Assembly (NCBI GenBank): GCA_965198175.1
Contig: OZ240245.1
Span: 1,760,001 to 1,824,000, forward strand
Origin: Candidatus Poribacteria bacterium
GTDB lineage: Bacteria > Poribacteria > WGA-4E > PCPOR2b
Reading direction: 5' to 3'
DNA: 64,000 nt
Position numbers and translations under genes: made by a program. Positions 1 through 10,061 of this stretch are shown one piece after another. Positions within the stretch are counted from its first letter, which is position 1; every line of letters starts with the position of its first letter. The notes beneath the pieces are model-generated. The model had not been told where the DNA came from, ran no database searches, and saw only the letters and a list, made by a program, of their open reading frames with translations.

Positions 1-303
1 GAGGTGTAGGTGAAAGTGGAAAACCGTTTGGAATGCTGCTGACTCGCTGGATTGCAACAAATTCAGCCCATCCGGATTCAAGGCAGTTTGGATGGCGCTG
101 GCAAGCTGCGTTCCTACCTGCATAATCTTGCTAGCAATCTCTGCGTCAATGTCAAAAATATTTCGGTAATGCTGTTTCGGAATGACAAGGAGATGTCCCG
201 GATTCGCCGGGTTGATATCCATAAAAGCGAGAATCTGGTCTTCTTCGTAGACCTTCGTTGCCGGTACGATATCGTCGGCTATTGCGCAAAAAATGCAGTC
301 CAT
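1..303 (-). CDS. HIT (histidine triad) family nucleotide hydrolase, truncated by window edge
   Basis: Not in ORF track. Manual minus-strand translation from ATG at 303: MDCIFCAIADDIVPATKVYEEDQILAFMDINPANPGHLLVIPKQH...AFQTVFHFHLHL. Has the CxxC, GHxLVIPK and HxHxH triad motifs. Confidence 0.92.
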   Translation of the reverse strand, partial: MDCIFCAIADDIVPATKVYEEDQILAFMDINPANPGHLLVIPKQHYRNIFDIDAEIASKIMQVGTQLASAIQTALNPDGLNLLQSSESAAFQTVFHFHLHL

Positions 304-564
304 AATTTGCCTCATTTCATGTTGGTGTACTGTAGTAAAGGCGAAGCGTACTTGCCCTCTTCTTACTACTATTCAGTTTAACAAACTTCACTCATGAGAT
401 CAAGCTGCTTTTGAATTTTTGTGGGAATCACAACAATTAGACTCAATTGGTGAGGAGGGTCAACAAGCCAATATTGCAAACGTCTGCGCGCAGTGGTATA
501 ATACAGCAAAGTTCGAAGTTTTTTTAGTTGGCTCACAGAATATTCCGAGAAAAGGATTGAGAGG

Positions 565-1128
565 ATGAACAAAAAACAGTGGTTCTTCGGAACAACTATT
601 TTTTCAGCATTTACGCTGATGATACTTATTTTTAATCACGCACAAAGCCAAAGTGACATGGTCAAGCGCGGAAAATATCTAGTGGATGCGGTTGGTGCTT
701 GTGGTCAGTGCCATACACCACGTGCAGGAGCCGAACCTGACATGAGTATGTATCTCGCAGGACATCCCGCAAATGCATCATACCCAAAGTACGATATTAG
801 CTTGATACAACAGGATATTTTCATGGTAAGTGCACCAACACTTGCTGCATTTTCTTTCCCCTTTGGAACAACCTTTGCCGCGAATCTGACGCCTGATAAA
901 GAAACAGGGCTCGGTGACTGGACAGAAAATATGTTCATTAATGCAATGCGGACCGGACATCATCAAGGTGACAAACGTAATCGAAGCATCCTCCCACCGA
1001 TGCCCAAGGACGCGTATGCAAATATGAGCGATGCCGATCTTAAGGCGATGTGGGTTTATCTGAAAACAACTAAACCTGTTAAGAATGAAGTCCCGGCGGC
1101 TCTCAATCGGATGGGCAGACCCTTCTAG
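565..1128 (+). CDS. Periplasmic monoheme c-type cytochrome
   Basis: Signal-like N-terminus, CGQCH heme motif, NLTPDxETGLGxW and PPMP (Met ligand) motifs. Confidence 0.85.
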   Translation: MNKKQWFFGTTIFSAFTLMILIFNHAQSQSDMVKRGKYLVDAVGACGQCHTPRAGAEPDMSMYLAGHPANASYPKYDISLIQQDIFMVSAPTLAAFSFPFGTTFAANLTPDKETGLGDWTENMFINAMRTGHHQGDKRNRSILPPMPKDAYANMSDADLKAMWVYLKTTKPVKNEVPAALNRMGRPF

Positions 1129-1418
1129 ACGCCAAGTCGGAAACGAAACAACGATTCCTCATCTATCAACATTCGTCAGTCAGTTCCTCCACAGCGAATT
1201 CATGTAATGAAGCACATTACCGACATGGGTGTTCTTGACATGGTTCATGTTGTATTCAGAACCGGTTTAGCCTTCAGCGAAACGAAGGGCGCGTTGACAT
1301 CGTTAATGCCTAACACTAGAAAGTCATTTTGCTGGTATCATGGAATTGTCGATTTATCTTCAGGGATGCTTGATACGATATGACACCGGCGGATTAGATT
1401 ACACAAGGAGGCTGTACG

Positions 1419-2678
1419 ATGGATAGATTCGTCATCAACGGTGGCAAACGACTTGAAGGCACGGTATCCGTTAGCGGTTCAAAAAACGCAACGCTTCCCA
1501 TTGCCATTGCTGCAGCAATTTTAGCAGATGGGGCAAGCGTCATCCACAATGTTCCTAATCTCAGGGACGTTGAGACGTTATGCGGTGTCCTTGAAACGCT
1601 AGGAGCGACGACGAAGTACAAGAATGCCACACTCTATATCAAACCGATAGATCGTATTGCTTATGAGGCGCCTTATGATTTAGTTCGGAAGATGCGCGCA
1701 TCTATCTATGTTTTGGGGCCCCTCGTCGCGCGACTGGGTAAGGCAAAAGTCGCCTTCCCTGGAGGCTGCTCGATTGGTCCGCGCCCCATTGATTTGCACT
1801 TGAAAGGGCTAGAGTACTTAGGGGCTAGAACAAAAATCGAAGGTGGTTACCTCACTACAGAAGCGAATCGATTGATTGGCACACAAATGGATTTGAGAGG
1901 AAGATATGGGCCAAGCGTTGGTGCAACAGCGAATGTCATGATGGCTGCTACCTTAGCGAAGGGTACAACAATCATCCGCAACGCGGCCCGTGAACCACAT
2001 ATCGTCGATCTCGCAAAGTTCCTTAATGCGCTGGGAGCAGAGATTTACGGCATTGGAACGCCAGTTCTGAAAATACATGGTGTCAGGCAATTACGCGGGA
2101 CTGAATATACCGTCATTTCAGACGACATTGAGACAGGCACATTCATGGTGGCAGGTGCAATCACGAAGGGAGATGTCTTTGTGAAGAATGCCCTCCCTGT
2201 ACACCTTGGTGCAGTATCCGACAAGCTACTTGAAGCAGGCGTTCAACTGGATTGGGAAGAAGGTGGAGTTCGTGTGACAACGCCACGCCAATTAAACGCT
2301 GTCGATGTTCGTACTGAGGCGTTTCCAGGTTTTCCGACCGACATGCAAGCACAGATAATAGGACTTCTAAGTGTTACTCATGGAATCAGCACAGTTACGG
2401 AAACTATTCATACAGATCGATTCATGCATGTCAGTGAACTCAACCGCATGGGAGCCAATATTGACATTGAGGGGAACCACGCCGTAATTCGCGGCGTCCC
2501 TAAACTCAGTGGAGCGCCTGTTATGGCATCAGATCTCCGGGCCGGGGCAGTTTTGGTGCTCGCGGGTATGGTGGCGGAAGGTGAGACGGTTGTAGCCCGC
2601 GTGTACCACATCGATCGGGGATATGAATCCATCGAAAGGAAACTAGCTGGTGTTGGTGCAGATATTGTCAGACTGTAG
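1419..2678 (+). CDS. murA: UDP-N-acetylglucosamine 1-carboxyvinyltransferase
   Basis: GSKNA, MRAS, PGGCSIGPRPIDLH, FPTDMQAQ, DLRAG, HIDRGYE; RBS AAGGAGG. Confidence 0.97.
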   Translation: MDRFVINGGKRLEGTVSVSGSKNATLPIAIAAAILADGASVIHNVPNLRDVETLCGVLETLGATTKYKNATLYIKPIDRIAYEAPYDLVRKMRASIYVLGPLVARLGKAKVAFPGGCSIGPRPIDLHLKGLEYLGARTKIEGGYLTTEANRLIGTQMDLRGRYGPSVGATANVMMAATLAKGTTIIRNAAREPHIVDLAKFLNALGAEIYGIGTPVLKIHGVRQLRGTEYTVISDDIETGTFMVAGAITKGDVFVKNALPVHLGAVSDKLLEAGVQLDWEEGGVRVTTPRQLNAVDVRTEAFPGFPTDMQAQIIGLLSVTHGISTVTETIHTDRFMHVSELNRMGANIDIEGNHAVIRGVPKLSGAPVMASDLRAGAVLVLAGMVAEGETVVARVYHIDRGYESIERKLAGVGADIVRL

Positions 2679-2739
2679 AACTTAGGTGTATTGTCCGCAC
2701 TAGCAACCAACAATTATTCATTGTCAATCTTTTTTGCTG

Positions 2740-2768
2740 TTGACAAAGCTCGTGTTAGCCTGTATACT
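2740..2768 (+). promoter_or_regulatory. sigma70-type promoter for the 2862 lipoprotein gene
   Basis: TTGACA (2740-2745), 17 bp spacer, TATACT (2763-2768). Inverted copy TTGTCAA at 2721-2727. Confidence 0.7.
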
Positions 2769-2861
2769 AGAGGATATTATCAATTGAATTTAGCCTCTTG
2801 TATCACTAGGTGACTTTGCATTGGGTGATTTTTAAACCTTAATTGTTCAGGAGAAAAACGC

Positions 2862-3785
2862 ATGAGGAAATTCAGAAATATCACAACAGTTGTTGCTTTG
2901 ACATTTGTGGCTGCATGGATATCCGGCTGCTCGGGTTGCGCTCCTCCACCTGAACCTCAAAGTATGAGCCCAACGGAAGGGCCGGAGACAGGTGGGACAA
3001 CGGTCAGGATCTCAGGCGACAAGTTTGACATGAAGAAGGGTATGATTGTGACATTCGATGGGAAAGCGGGCACAAATGTGAATGTTCCAAGCAAAACTGA
3101 AATTACGGCGGTAACGCCAGCGGGAGCAGCGGGGCAATCTGCTGAAGTCGTTGTAATAAATAACAGTAAACCCGATCAGCCTGTGACATTGGGTCAGAAA
3201 TTCATGTACACGGATGCTACTCCGCCAAGAGTTACTACGACAGAACCCTCTGATGGCGAAACAATATCTGAGTATGAAGATTCTCTCAATGTAAGAGGTA
3301 CTGTGTCGATTGCCTTTGACGAAAACGTTGATAGTCAATCAGGGTCTATAGCAGTTCAAGTTGATTCAACCCCGGATTCAATGAGTCAGGAATCCGGTGC
3401 GGTCTCGGGAAGTATCGGCGGATCCGAAAATTTGATAACATTTACTTCGGATGCACCAATGCGGGCCGGGCGGCAATACAGTGTTACTGTGTCCGGTGTC
3501 ACAGATATGTCCGGCAACGCTCTTGCTGAACCTTACACTTTTAGTTTCACCATTACTTCCCCAGACAAGGTCAGCCGATACAGTGTTCGTAAAGGTGAAA
3601 CCCTTGCAGTGGTTGCTGCTCGCCCAGAGGTTTACGACAACGCCAATCTCTGGTCAAGACTGGTTGAAGCCAATCAAGATGATTACGATTTTGACCGCGA
3701 TCGAATTTATGAAGGACAATGGTTATGGGTACCCCGCGGAGAAGCATGGGGAGATAAACCGGAGGTTGCCACAACGGGCCAGTAG
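2862..3785 (+). CDS. Lipoprotein with IPT/TIG, Ig-like (Big_5) and LysM domains
   Basis: Lipobox ISGC; SPTEGPETGGTTVRISG (IPT/TIG); DATPPRVTTTEP...FDENVD...DMSGNAL (Big_5); YSVRKGETL...LWSRLVEAN...IYEGQWLWVP (LysM). Confidence 0.8.
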   Translation: MRKFRNITTVVALTFVAAWISGCSGCAPPPEPQSMSPTEGPETGGTTVRISGDKFDMKKGMIVTFDGKAGTNVNVPSKTEITAVTPAGAAGQSAEVVVINNSKPDQPVTLGQKFMYTDATPPRVTTTEPSDGETISEYEDSLNVRGTVSIAFDENVDSQSGSIAVQVDSTPDSMSQESGAVSGSIGGSENLITFTSDAPMRAGRQYSVTVSGVTDMSGNALAEPYTFSFTITSPDKVSRYSVRKGETLAVVAARPEVYDNANLWSRLVEANQDDYDFDRDRIYEGQWLWVPRGEAWGDKPEVATTGQ

Positions 3786-4079
3786 TTAGCAGCCCATATG
3801 CTTTAAGCAATAGTCTTGACTTTAGCATTCGTTTATGCGAGTTTCAGATTGCTTTCAGTCGAGGGAATCGAGTAAATTTTTTCGAACATTTTTCGAACAT
3901 TTAGTGATAGTTAAGAAATTCCAACCGAAATTTTTATTGCAAAATTTTCTGAAATGTGCTATACTTGCGCCATTCTCGCTAGGAGAAGGGCAAAAGCTGC
4001 TGTTTGTTTTGTATTGAATTTCAGTCTGACATGTCTTAACTTGCAGTTAGGGTATGGTGGGGCTGGAATAAATCATTAT

Positions 4080-5003
4080 ATGTCCGGAAGAGAATTTTGG
4101 CTCGCGCTTGCATCAGTCGAGGGCGTTGGTCCAATGCGAATCAAGCGGTTACTAGATCGCTTTGGGACCATTGATAGCGTCTTTGAAGCTGATCTCCCCG
4201 AAATTGCGCGGCTTCCACTTTTTAATCCTTTGTTGGCAGCACGGATTTTGAAAGCAGGAATACGGATTGCTGAATTTCGCTGCCACATCAAATGGCTCCA
4301 AAATCGTGGTATTAAGGTTCTTTGCTTGGCGGATGATAAATATCCTGAAAAACTCAAGAGGATTCCGGACGCACCGGCTATCCTTTGCCAAAAGGGTAAC
4401 CCCGCGCAAGTGAGCCAACAGGCTGTAGCCATTGTTGGTACGACGACTCCCACTGAGTCGGGCATTCTAACAACGCTTGAGATTTCAACATTGCTCGTTG
4501 AAGCAGGATTCATCATTGTCAGTGGACTTGCTAAGGGTATTGATACATCCGCTCATTTAGGGGCACTTTCAGCAAACGCAGTGACTATTGGTGTTCTTGG
4601 GTGCGGTCTGTTCTCGATCTACCCAACCGAAAACGGCGAACTCGCAAACCAGATTTGTAAGAACGGCGCGTTATTTTCCGAACACCCTTTTACGACATTG
4701 CCGACACCCACAAATCTGATTTTGCGGAATCGGATTATTAGTGGGCTTTCAATTGCAACAATTGTCATTGAATCAAGTGAACACGGTGGTGCAATTCATG
4801 CAGCAGAATCTGCATGGCAACAAAATCGCCTTGTGTTCGCTTTTGATTGGGGACAATCCCATCAGCTGAGTTGGGGCACACGTCGTTTGATTCGGCGTGG
4901 AGCTTATCCGATTGGTCCCAATCAATTGAGTGAGTGTGTTGATGCTTTATGCCTGAAAACTCAACACGCGTATGTAACGGATCAGCAGATGGAGCTATTC
5001 TAA
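4080..5003 (+). CDS. dprA: DNA processing protein DprA
   Basis: YPEKLKRIPDAP, VAIVGT, IVSGLAKGIDTSAH, RNRIISGLS. Start moved to ATG 4080, where DprA-like sequence begins. Confidence 0.9.
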   Translation: MSGREFWLALASVEGVGPMRIKRLLDRFGTIDSVFEADLPEIARLPLFNPLLAARILKAGIRIAEFRCHIKWLQNRGIKVLCLADDKYPEKLKRIPDAPAILCQKGNPAQVSQQAVAIVGTTTPTESGILTTLEISTLLVEAGFIIVSGLAKGIDTSAHLGALSANAVTIGVLGCGLFSIYPTENGELANQICKNGALFSEHPFTTLPTPTNLILRNRIISGLSIATIVIESSEHGGAIHAAESAWQQNRLVFAFDWGQSHQLSWGTRRLIRRGAYPIGPNQLSECVDALCLKTQHAYVTDQQMELF

Positions 5004-5388
5004 CAGCTATCCACCTGCATGGTGAAAGAACCTTAATCGCCAATCCAAAAATTAACCGCTAGATGACCAAATTTTTTCAAATTATGTGAAGATTTTTCTT
5101 TACAAAAATTGCAAAATTTGGTAGACTATAACCCACGTTTCAGGAGAAGCAAGACTAAAGAGCGTTTGTCAGGTTGAAATGCTCTCATCTCATTTCAAAC
5201 AACCATTGAGTATCAATATGAAATGGTTGTTAAGGACGAAGGCGTTTCCGGCAGCGTTCTAAAGATTCTTGTTAACTATCTTCCCGCTAGGGAATACAAA
5301 GAATTTGATGTTGAAAACTGTATCAGGTTGCAAAAATTTGACACAGTCATTTTATTGTTCCTTAAATTTCCTATGAAGGAGTAGACAA

Positions 5389-6090
5389 ATGCAAAAACTG
5401 TTGAGAACCTTAGCTGTTATAATGGCTGCAATGCTAGTTGTTTTTATGGTCGGTTGTGGTGGCGATGAGGGAGGTGAGGAGGAAGGTGAGGATGGAGATG
5501 TAGCCCCGCCTTCGGCGACGACCGCTAGTACTTCCCCCGCAGCAGGTAGTGAAGTTGCTCCGAATGCGACCCTCACAATTACGCTTGATGAAGCGGTTGA
5601 CGGTGTGACGGTGAACGGTACGGCTGCTACGGGTTCGGGGAAAACTTGGACCCTTAATCTTGCGGGTCTTAATTTGCCCGCGGGGAGTGCAACTCTGAAT
5701 ATTGGCTGGACAAACAAAGATGGCAGCGCCGGTGCAGGAGCGAGTGCCGCCTTAACCATACAAGCCGAGGCAGACACGACAGCACCTAGCATTGATAGCA
5801 GTTCGGTGAGTAATAATGACAAAGATGTCGACCCGGCAGGGCTGAATACGGATGGCATCTCAATTACGTTCAGCGAAGATGTCAAAGCAGGCGATATCTC
5901 AATCTCAATCGAGGGTGGAGATGCGCTCAATTGGTTGGATGAATGGAGTGCGAACTCCGTAAAAATTGTTCCTGCAAAAGGTGCAGAACTCGGCAACGAA
6001 ACAACGTATGAAATTAAAGTTTCGACCGAGGACGGAGCCGGGAATAAAGTGGATGCAACAATTTCATTCACAACCAAAGGCAAAGAATAA
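5389..6090 (+). CDS. Acidic lipoprotein with Ig-like (Big_5-like) domains
   Basis: Lipobox MVGC, acidic linker, DTTAPSI...ITFSEDV...DGAGN; RBS AAGGAG. Confidence 0.75.
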   Translation: MQKLLRTLAVIMAAMLVVFMVGCGGDEGGEEEGEDGDVAPPSATTASTSPAAGSEVAPNATLTITLDEAVDGVTVNGTAATGSGKTWTLNLAGLNLPAGSATLNIGWTNKDGSAGAGASAALTIQAEADTTAPSIDSSSVSNNDKDVDPAGLNTDGISITFSEDVKAGDISISIEGGDALNWLDEWSANSVKIVPAKGAELGNETTYEIKVSTEDGAGNKVDATISFTTKGKE

Positions 6091-6127
6091 TTGCAGTTTA
6101 TATTTTACGCTGTAAGGTTCCAATATG

Positions 6128-6168
6128 CAAAAAAGGACAATATGTATACGACATATTGTCCTTTTTTG
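6128..6168. terminator. Intrinsic terminator, potentially bidirectional
   Basis: Perfect 18-bp inverted repeat CAAAAAAGGACAATATGT / ACATATTGTCCTTTTTTG with a 5-nt loop, just after the 5389-6090 gene. Confidence 0.85.
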
Positions 6169-6265
6169 TTTTTCATACCGTTCGCCAAAGATAGACGATT
6201 TTGATTGGGAATGTTGGTTGGTGAACCATTGATCTCGCGTGACGTGAAGGAAATTCATATTTGCC

Positions 6266-7591
6266 ATGGTGCTGTGTATCCTACGACATGCTATGTTTAG
6301 TCTCGGAGCCCTTTGGTTTCTCTTATGGGCGATAAGTTGTTCTCTGCGACCACCCACGTCTCGGATTGATGGACAGCTTCCCAAAAGTGACCCTCAAAGT
6401 GCGATTGCCCACTATCTGCAGATTATGCGAGCCAATCCCGGTTCGGAACAGGCTAGAACCGCCCATCTCAAGATCGGGATGATTTACGATGGAAAGCACG
6501 GTGAAGGTGAAAAGGCAATCAAGATTTTTAAGAAAATCGTCCAATCTTATCCGACAAGTTCACAGGCGGGTGATGCGTTGTGGATGCTTGCAAATCACGA
6601 CTATGAAAACGGAGACTACGAAACTGCTCGAAAGAGATACTTTCAATTTATCTTAGATTTCTCCCAGGACCTGCGAACTCAAACAGCGCGATTACAACTT
6701 GCCGATTGCTACTTCCATTTGGGATCGAACGCGGTTGCGCTCAAAACTTACTCGGATTATGAAGCCCGTTATCCCGCTGATTCGCGTATTCCTGCGGTGT
6801 TTTTGAAGGTCGGAAGAATTTATGAAGCCCTTAATTCGTCAGAAAATGCGGTGGTAACCTACCGGCGTGTAATTGCTGAGTTTCCAAATGCGACGGAGGA
6901 ATGCACGCTTGCTCAGCAACGGCTTGGAACGCTTAGTGGTGTTGTGGTTACTGGGACCGAAACATCAGCAGTATCAGCACTTGAGTCGCTACCGCATGAC
7001 GAAGGTGAAACACCTACCCAGATTCGCCAAGTCAAGCCAAAGACATCCCTAAATCCACGGGCTGAATTAGTAAGTTGGGTTACTTCACCAACATTCGGAT
7101 ACAATCCACGTCGTCTGTTGACGGCAAGCGGTCTGCTTGAGGGACCAGACGTACGCGCAAGTATGGCTGGAGACGGCGCTTTGCTGAATGATGTGATTTA
7201 TAATCTGGGTTTAATGTATTATATGTCGGAAGATTACAAGCGTGCTGGTGCTTGTTTGGAAAAAGCCGTCGTTCTTGGGGTTCGCGATGCAGACCTTCCG
7301 GACATCTATCTTAACCTTGGTATTTGCTATAAAAAGATGGCTGCATGGGATAAAACCAAGGAGATGTTCCGGCAACTTGCATCGGTAGATATGAACGCAA
7401 CTGAACGGTTAATTGCCGCTGGTGAGAGCGAATTACGGATAGGAAATTATCTGGATGGAGCTAAATTGCTAGAAAGTTTGCTGGGCATTTCCGATCGATA
7501 CGATTCGCGCATCTCCCAAGCGCTGCGTAATACCAAAAGGATGCAAGAAAACAAAGAGCGAGACGAACTCGGGGAAGGAGACAATGATTAG
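6266..7591 (+). CDS. TPR-repeat lipoprotein (BamD/CpoB-like repeats)
   Basis: Hydrophobic N-terminus ending AISC; repeated TPR units with YP/FP turns. Exact start uncertain. Confidence 0.75.
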   Translation: MVLCILRHAMFSLGALWFLLWAISCSLRPPTSRIDGQLPKSDPQSAIAHYLQIMRANPGSEQARTAHLKIGMIYDGKHGEGEKAIKIFKKIVQSYPTSSQAGDALWMLANHDYENGDYETARKRYFQFILDFSQDLRTQTARLQLADCYFHLGSNAVALKTYSDYEARYPADSRIPAVFLKVGRIYEALNSSENAVVTYRRVIAEFPNATEECTLAQQRLGTLSGVVVTGTETSAVSALESLPHDEGETPTQIRQVKPKTSLNPRAELVSWVTSPTFGYNPRRLLTASGLLEGPDVRASMAGDGALLNDVIYNLGLMYYMSEDYKRAGACLEKAVVLGVRDADLPDIYLNLGICYKKMAAWDKTKEMFRQLASVDMNATERLIAAGESELRIGNYLDGAKLLESLLGISDRYDSRISQALRNTKRMQENKERDELGEGDND

Positions 7592-7594
7592 ATA

Positions 7595-7762
7595 GCCGAT
7601 AAGGTTGCGTGGAGCGTGAAATATATACGCTGAGAGCCTACAGCGTCAGTTATCTAACCGACTGCCGACCGTAACTTGCGGAAGCAACAGTTTTTCGGGT
7701 TTATCTTGCGTTCAAGTTTAACGGTTGTCGCAGAATATTAATCTTCAGCAAGCAACCGAGGC
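7595..7762. ncRNA. Candidate structured RNA with 6S RNA-like rod architecture
   Basis: Nested complementarity GGTTGC/GCAACC, CTGC/GCAG, CGACCGT/ACGGTTG, AACTTG/CAAGTT, GCAA/TTGC, plus a side hairpin ACGCTG/CAGCGT. About 168 nt, intergenic. Confidence 0.35.
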
Positions 7763-7810
7763 AAGCTCGTACACGTAACAAATCGGGATTTCATTTTTGG
7801 GACAGGTGGG

Positions 7811-9271
7811 TTGAAACTCACAAAGTTGTACACATTCTTGGCAAGCAAATTATCGCTGTGGTATTCCAGAATCTGCGAAGTATTCGCGATAGATTTGCGT
7901 TCACTAGCGGTGTTTCGCATTGCGATTGCCACTTTGATTCTGATTGACTTGTTGACGCGCGCAGGAGATTTAACGGCGCATTATACCGACCATGGTGTAT
8001 GGCCGGTGGAAGCAGCACGTAGGCGACTTCCCATATGGGGATTTTCGCTACACTTGTTTAATGGTACCGCTGAGTTTCAAGCTATTTTATTCCTCATCAC
8101 GGGTGCGTTTGCCCTTGCGATGCTTGTTGGTTACCACACCCGCCTTGTGACACCGATTGTTTGGCTCTTGACGTTGTCGTTGCATCGGCGAAACCCGCAG
8201 GTTCTTCAAGGTGGCGATCATGTACTGCGTATGTTGTTGTTTTGGAGTATGTTTTTGCCTCTCGGGAACCGGTACGGAATTGATGCCTATCGAAACCGGT
8301 GTTCCCGTCACGCCTCATGTTCCACCCGTTCCATGAGTGCTGTTGCAATTTTGCTCCAGGTCTGCGTGATATATTGGTTCGCTGGGCTATTGAAATCGCG
8401 CACTACATGGTATCTCCAAGGCGACGGTGTCTATTATGTGTTGATGCTTGATCGATATGTGACGCCCATCGGTAAGTGGCTCCTTGATGTTGACCCGATC
8501 TTGTTGAAGTTGCTTAACTATAGTACATTGGGTCTTGAACTATTAGGGCCATTACTCGCACTTTCCCCTATTGCCAAAGGTCCGACTCGATGCGGCATTA
8601 TCGTGGCGTTTTGGTTATTTCACTTGGGTATGGGGCTCTGTTTAGAATTATGGTTGTTCGGATACATCTGTAGCGCGGCTTGGCTGCTATTTATCCCAAG
8701 TTGGTTTTGGGAACGCTTGCAGAAGAAATCACATCCCATCGATTGCAAAGGAAATAAGACGATTCGGGGGCGTCTATTGAATGGTGTCGTCGCGTTTCTA
8801 CTAATTTATGTGTTGTTTTGGAACCTTCGAACCACTAACAAACCGCTCTATCGATTTTACCCTGACGTTATCAATCCAATTGGGTATGCCCTAGGAATAG
8901 GTCAGTCGTGGGGCTTATTCACAGGACCACCAAGGAAGAACGGCTGGTATGTTATCACTGGGCAACTGAAAAACGGTACTAGGGTAAACCTTTTGATGCC
9001 TGGAGAATCGGTTCATTGGGAAAAACCTGAACTGGTGATTGCACTCTACGAGAGCCCGCGATGGCGGCGATATATGCGAAAATTCGTGAAGTTGGGAGAT
9101 CCGTATCGAGTCTATTATGGAGGTTACATGTGTCGCCGTTGGAACGAGTCACACACCGGAATGACACAGCTTCATTCCCTCCATGTGTATTATATACATC
9201 AACAGAATTTAGCTAACCGCCAAGTCTCGCCGCCTGAACGGGAATTGTTGCTGAGCTACACATGTGATTAG
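7811..9271 (+). CDS. HTTM-domain membrane protein (vitamin K-dependent carboxylase-like family)
   Basis: DLRSLAVFRI, RNPQVLQGGD, FWSMFLPLG, YWFAGLLK, FHLGM, QSWGLF; multiple TM segments. Confidence 0.85.
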   Translation: MKLTKLYTFLASKLSLWYSRICEVFAIDLRSLAVFRIAIATLILIDLLTRAGDLTAHYTDHGVWPVEAARRRLPIWGFSLHLFNGTAEFQAILFLITGAFALAMLVGYHTRLVTPIVWLLTLSLHRRNPQVLQGGDHVLRMLLFWSMFLPLGNRYGIDAYRNRCSRHASCSTRSMSAVAILLQVCVIYWFAGLLKSRTTWYLQGDGVYYVLMLDRYVTPIGKWLLDVDPILLKLLNYSTLGLELLGPLLALSPIAKGPTRCGIIVAFWLFHLGMGLCLELWLFGYICSAAWLLFIPSWFWERLQKKSHPIDCKGNKTIRGRLLNGVVAFLLIYVLFWNLRTTNKPLYRFYPDVINPIGYALGIGQSWGLFTGPPRKNGWYVITGQLKNGTRVNLLMPGESVHWEKPELVIALYESPRWRRYMRKFVKLGDPYRVYYGGYMCRRWNESHTGMTQLHSLHVYYIHQQNLANRQVSPPERELLLSYTCD

Positions 9272-9362
9272 TACAGCACATTGTCACCTTCCGCCGATAT
9301 ATTTTTCTTGAAAATGGCGATGGTCTACTTCGGTAGGCATGAGAAAACATTGAGAAATTTTT

Positions 9363-9390
9363 GAACGGTTTGTGAGCCTTCGTTGTCTAA
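9363..9390 (+). promoter_or_regulatory. Putative ECF-sigma (RpoE/AlgU-like) autoregulatory promoter
   Basis: GAACGG, 17 bp spacer, TCTAA, about 40 bp upstream of the ECF sigma gene. Confidence 0.45.
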
Positions 9391-9428
9391 TTTAAATTGA
9401 AAGCAGCAAGTTAGGGAGATAATGTCCC

Positions 9429-10019
9429 GTGGAACGAACCGAAGTTCTGCTAATCGAAGATCTCCGCGCAGGAGATATGACAGCGTTAGCGGTTCTTGTC
9501 GAAAAATACAAAAGGCTTGTTTACCGCCTCGCTTTCCAGATTACTAAAAATCATGAAGATGCTAACGATGCCATGCAAGATACGTTTTTGAAAGTCTACG
9601 AATCGATTCATAGCTTTCGGCAGGAGTCCGCCTTTGAAACTTGGCTTTATCGCATTGTTGTCAATCAGGCGATGAATCTTGTCAAGCGTCGGGAACGCCG
9701 TCGTGAATCCTCAATCTCAGAGGCAACTGAATTTCAGATTCGTCCAGATCTGAAGCGAGCATCCGATTTGAGAAATAACCCTCATGTGAGCGTTGAAAGG
9801 AAAGAACTACAGAGACAGGTTACTCAGGCAGTAAATAGCTTGCCAATGAAGCATCGAATGGTAGTCATTTTGCACGAGTTTGAAGGATTAACGCACCCCA
9901 AAATTGCGTCGATTCTCAACTGTTCTGAAGGGACTGTGCGATCGCGCTTGCACTACGCCAGAAAAAAACTCAGGGATCGGTTGAGATCTTATGTGGAATT
10001 GACTGATCTGTCTCCATAA
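9429..10019 (+). CDS. ECF RNA polymerase sigma factor
   Basis: Region 2 DANDAMQDTFLKVY...FETWLYRI; region 4 IASILNCSEGTVRSRLHYARKKL. Confidence 0.93.
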   Translation: MERTEVLLIEDLRAGDMTALAVLVEKYKRLVYRLAFQITKNHEDANDAMQDTFLKVYESIHSFRQESAFETWLYRIVVNQAMNLVKRRERRRESSISEATEFQIRPDLKRASDLRNNPHVSVERKELQRQVTQAVNSLPMKHRMVVILHEFEGLTHPKIASILNCSEGTVRSRLHYARKKLRDRLRSYVELTDLSP

Positions 10020-10061
10020 GCTGTAGTGCTGTTACCTTTTACATTGAACAATGAGGTAAAC

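Noticed and set aside
52..381. 109-aa + strand ORF
   Set aside because: Antisense shadow of the HIT gene on the minus strand.
3966..4079. c-di-GMP-I riboswitch before dprA
   Set aside because: Only a partial resemblance; the conserved 5' elements are missing.
5352..6083. Long antisense ORFs (also 11635-12189, 25042-25590, 35413-36081, 55336-55956, 60038-60652)
   Set aside because: Shadows of well-supported genes on the opposite strand.
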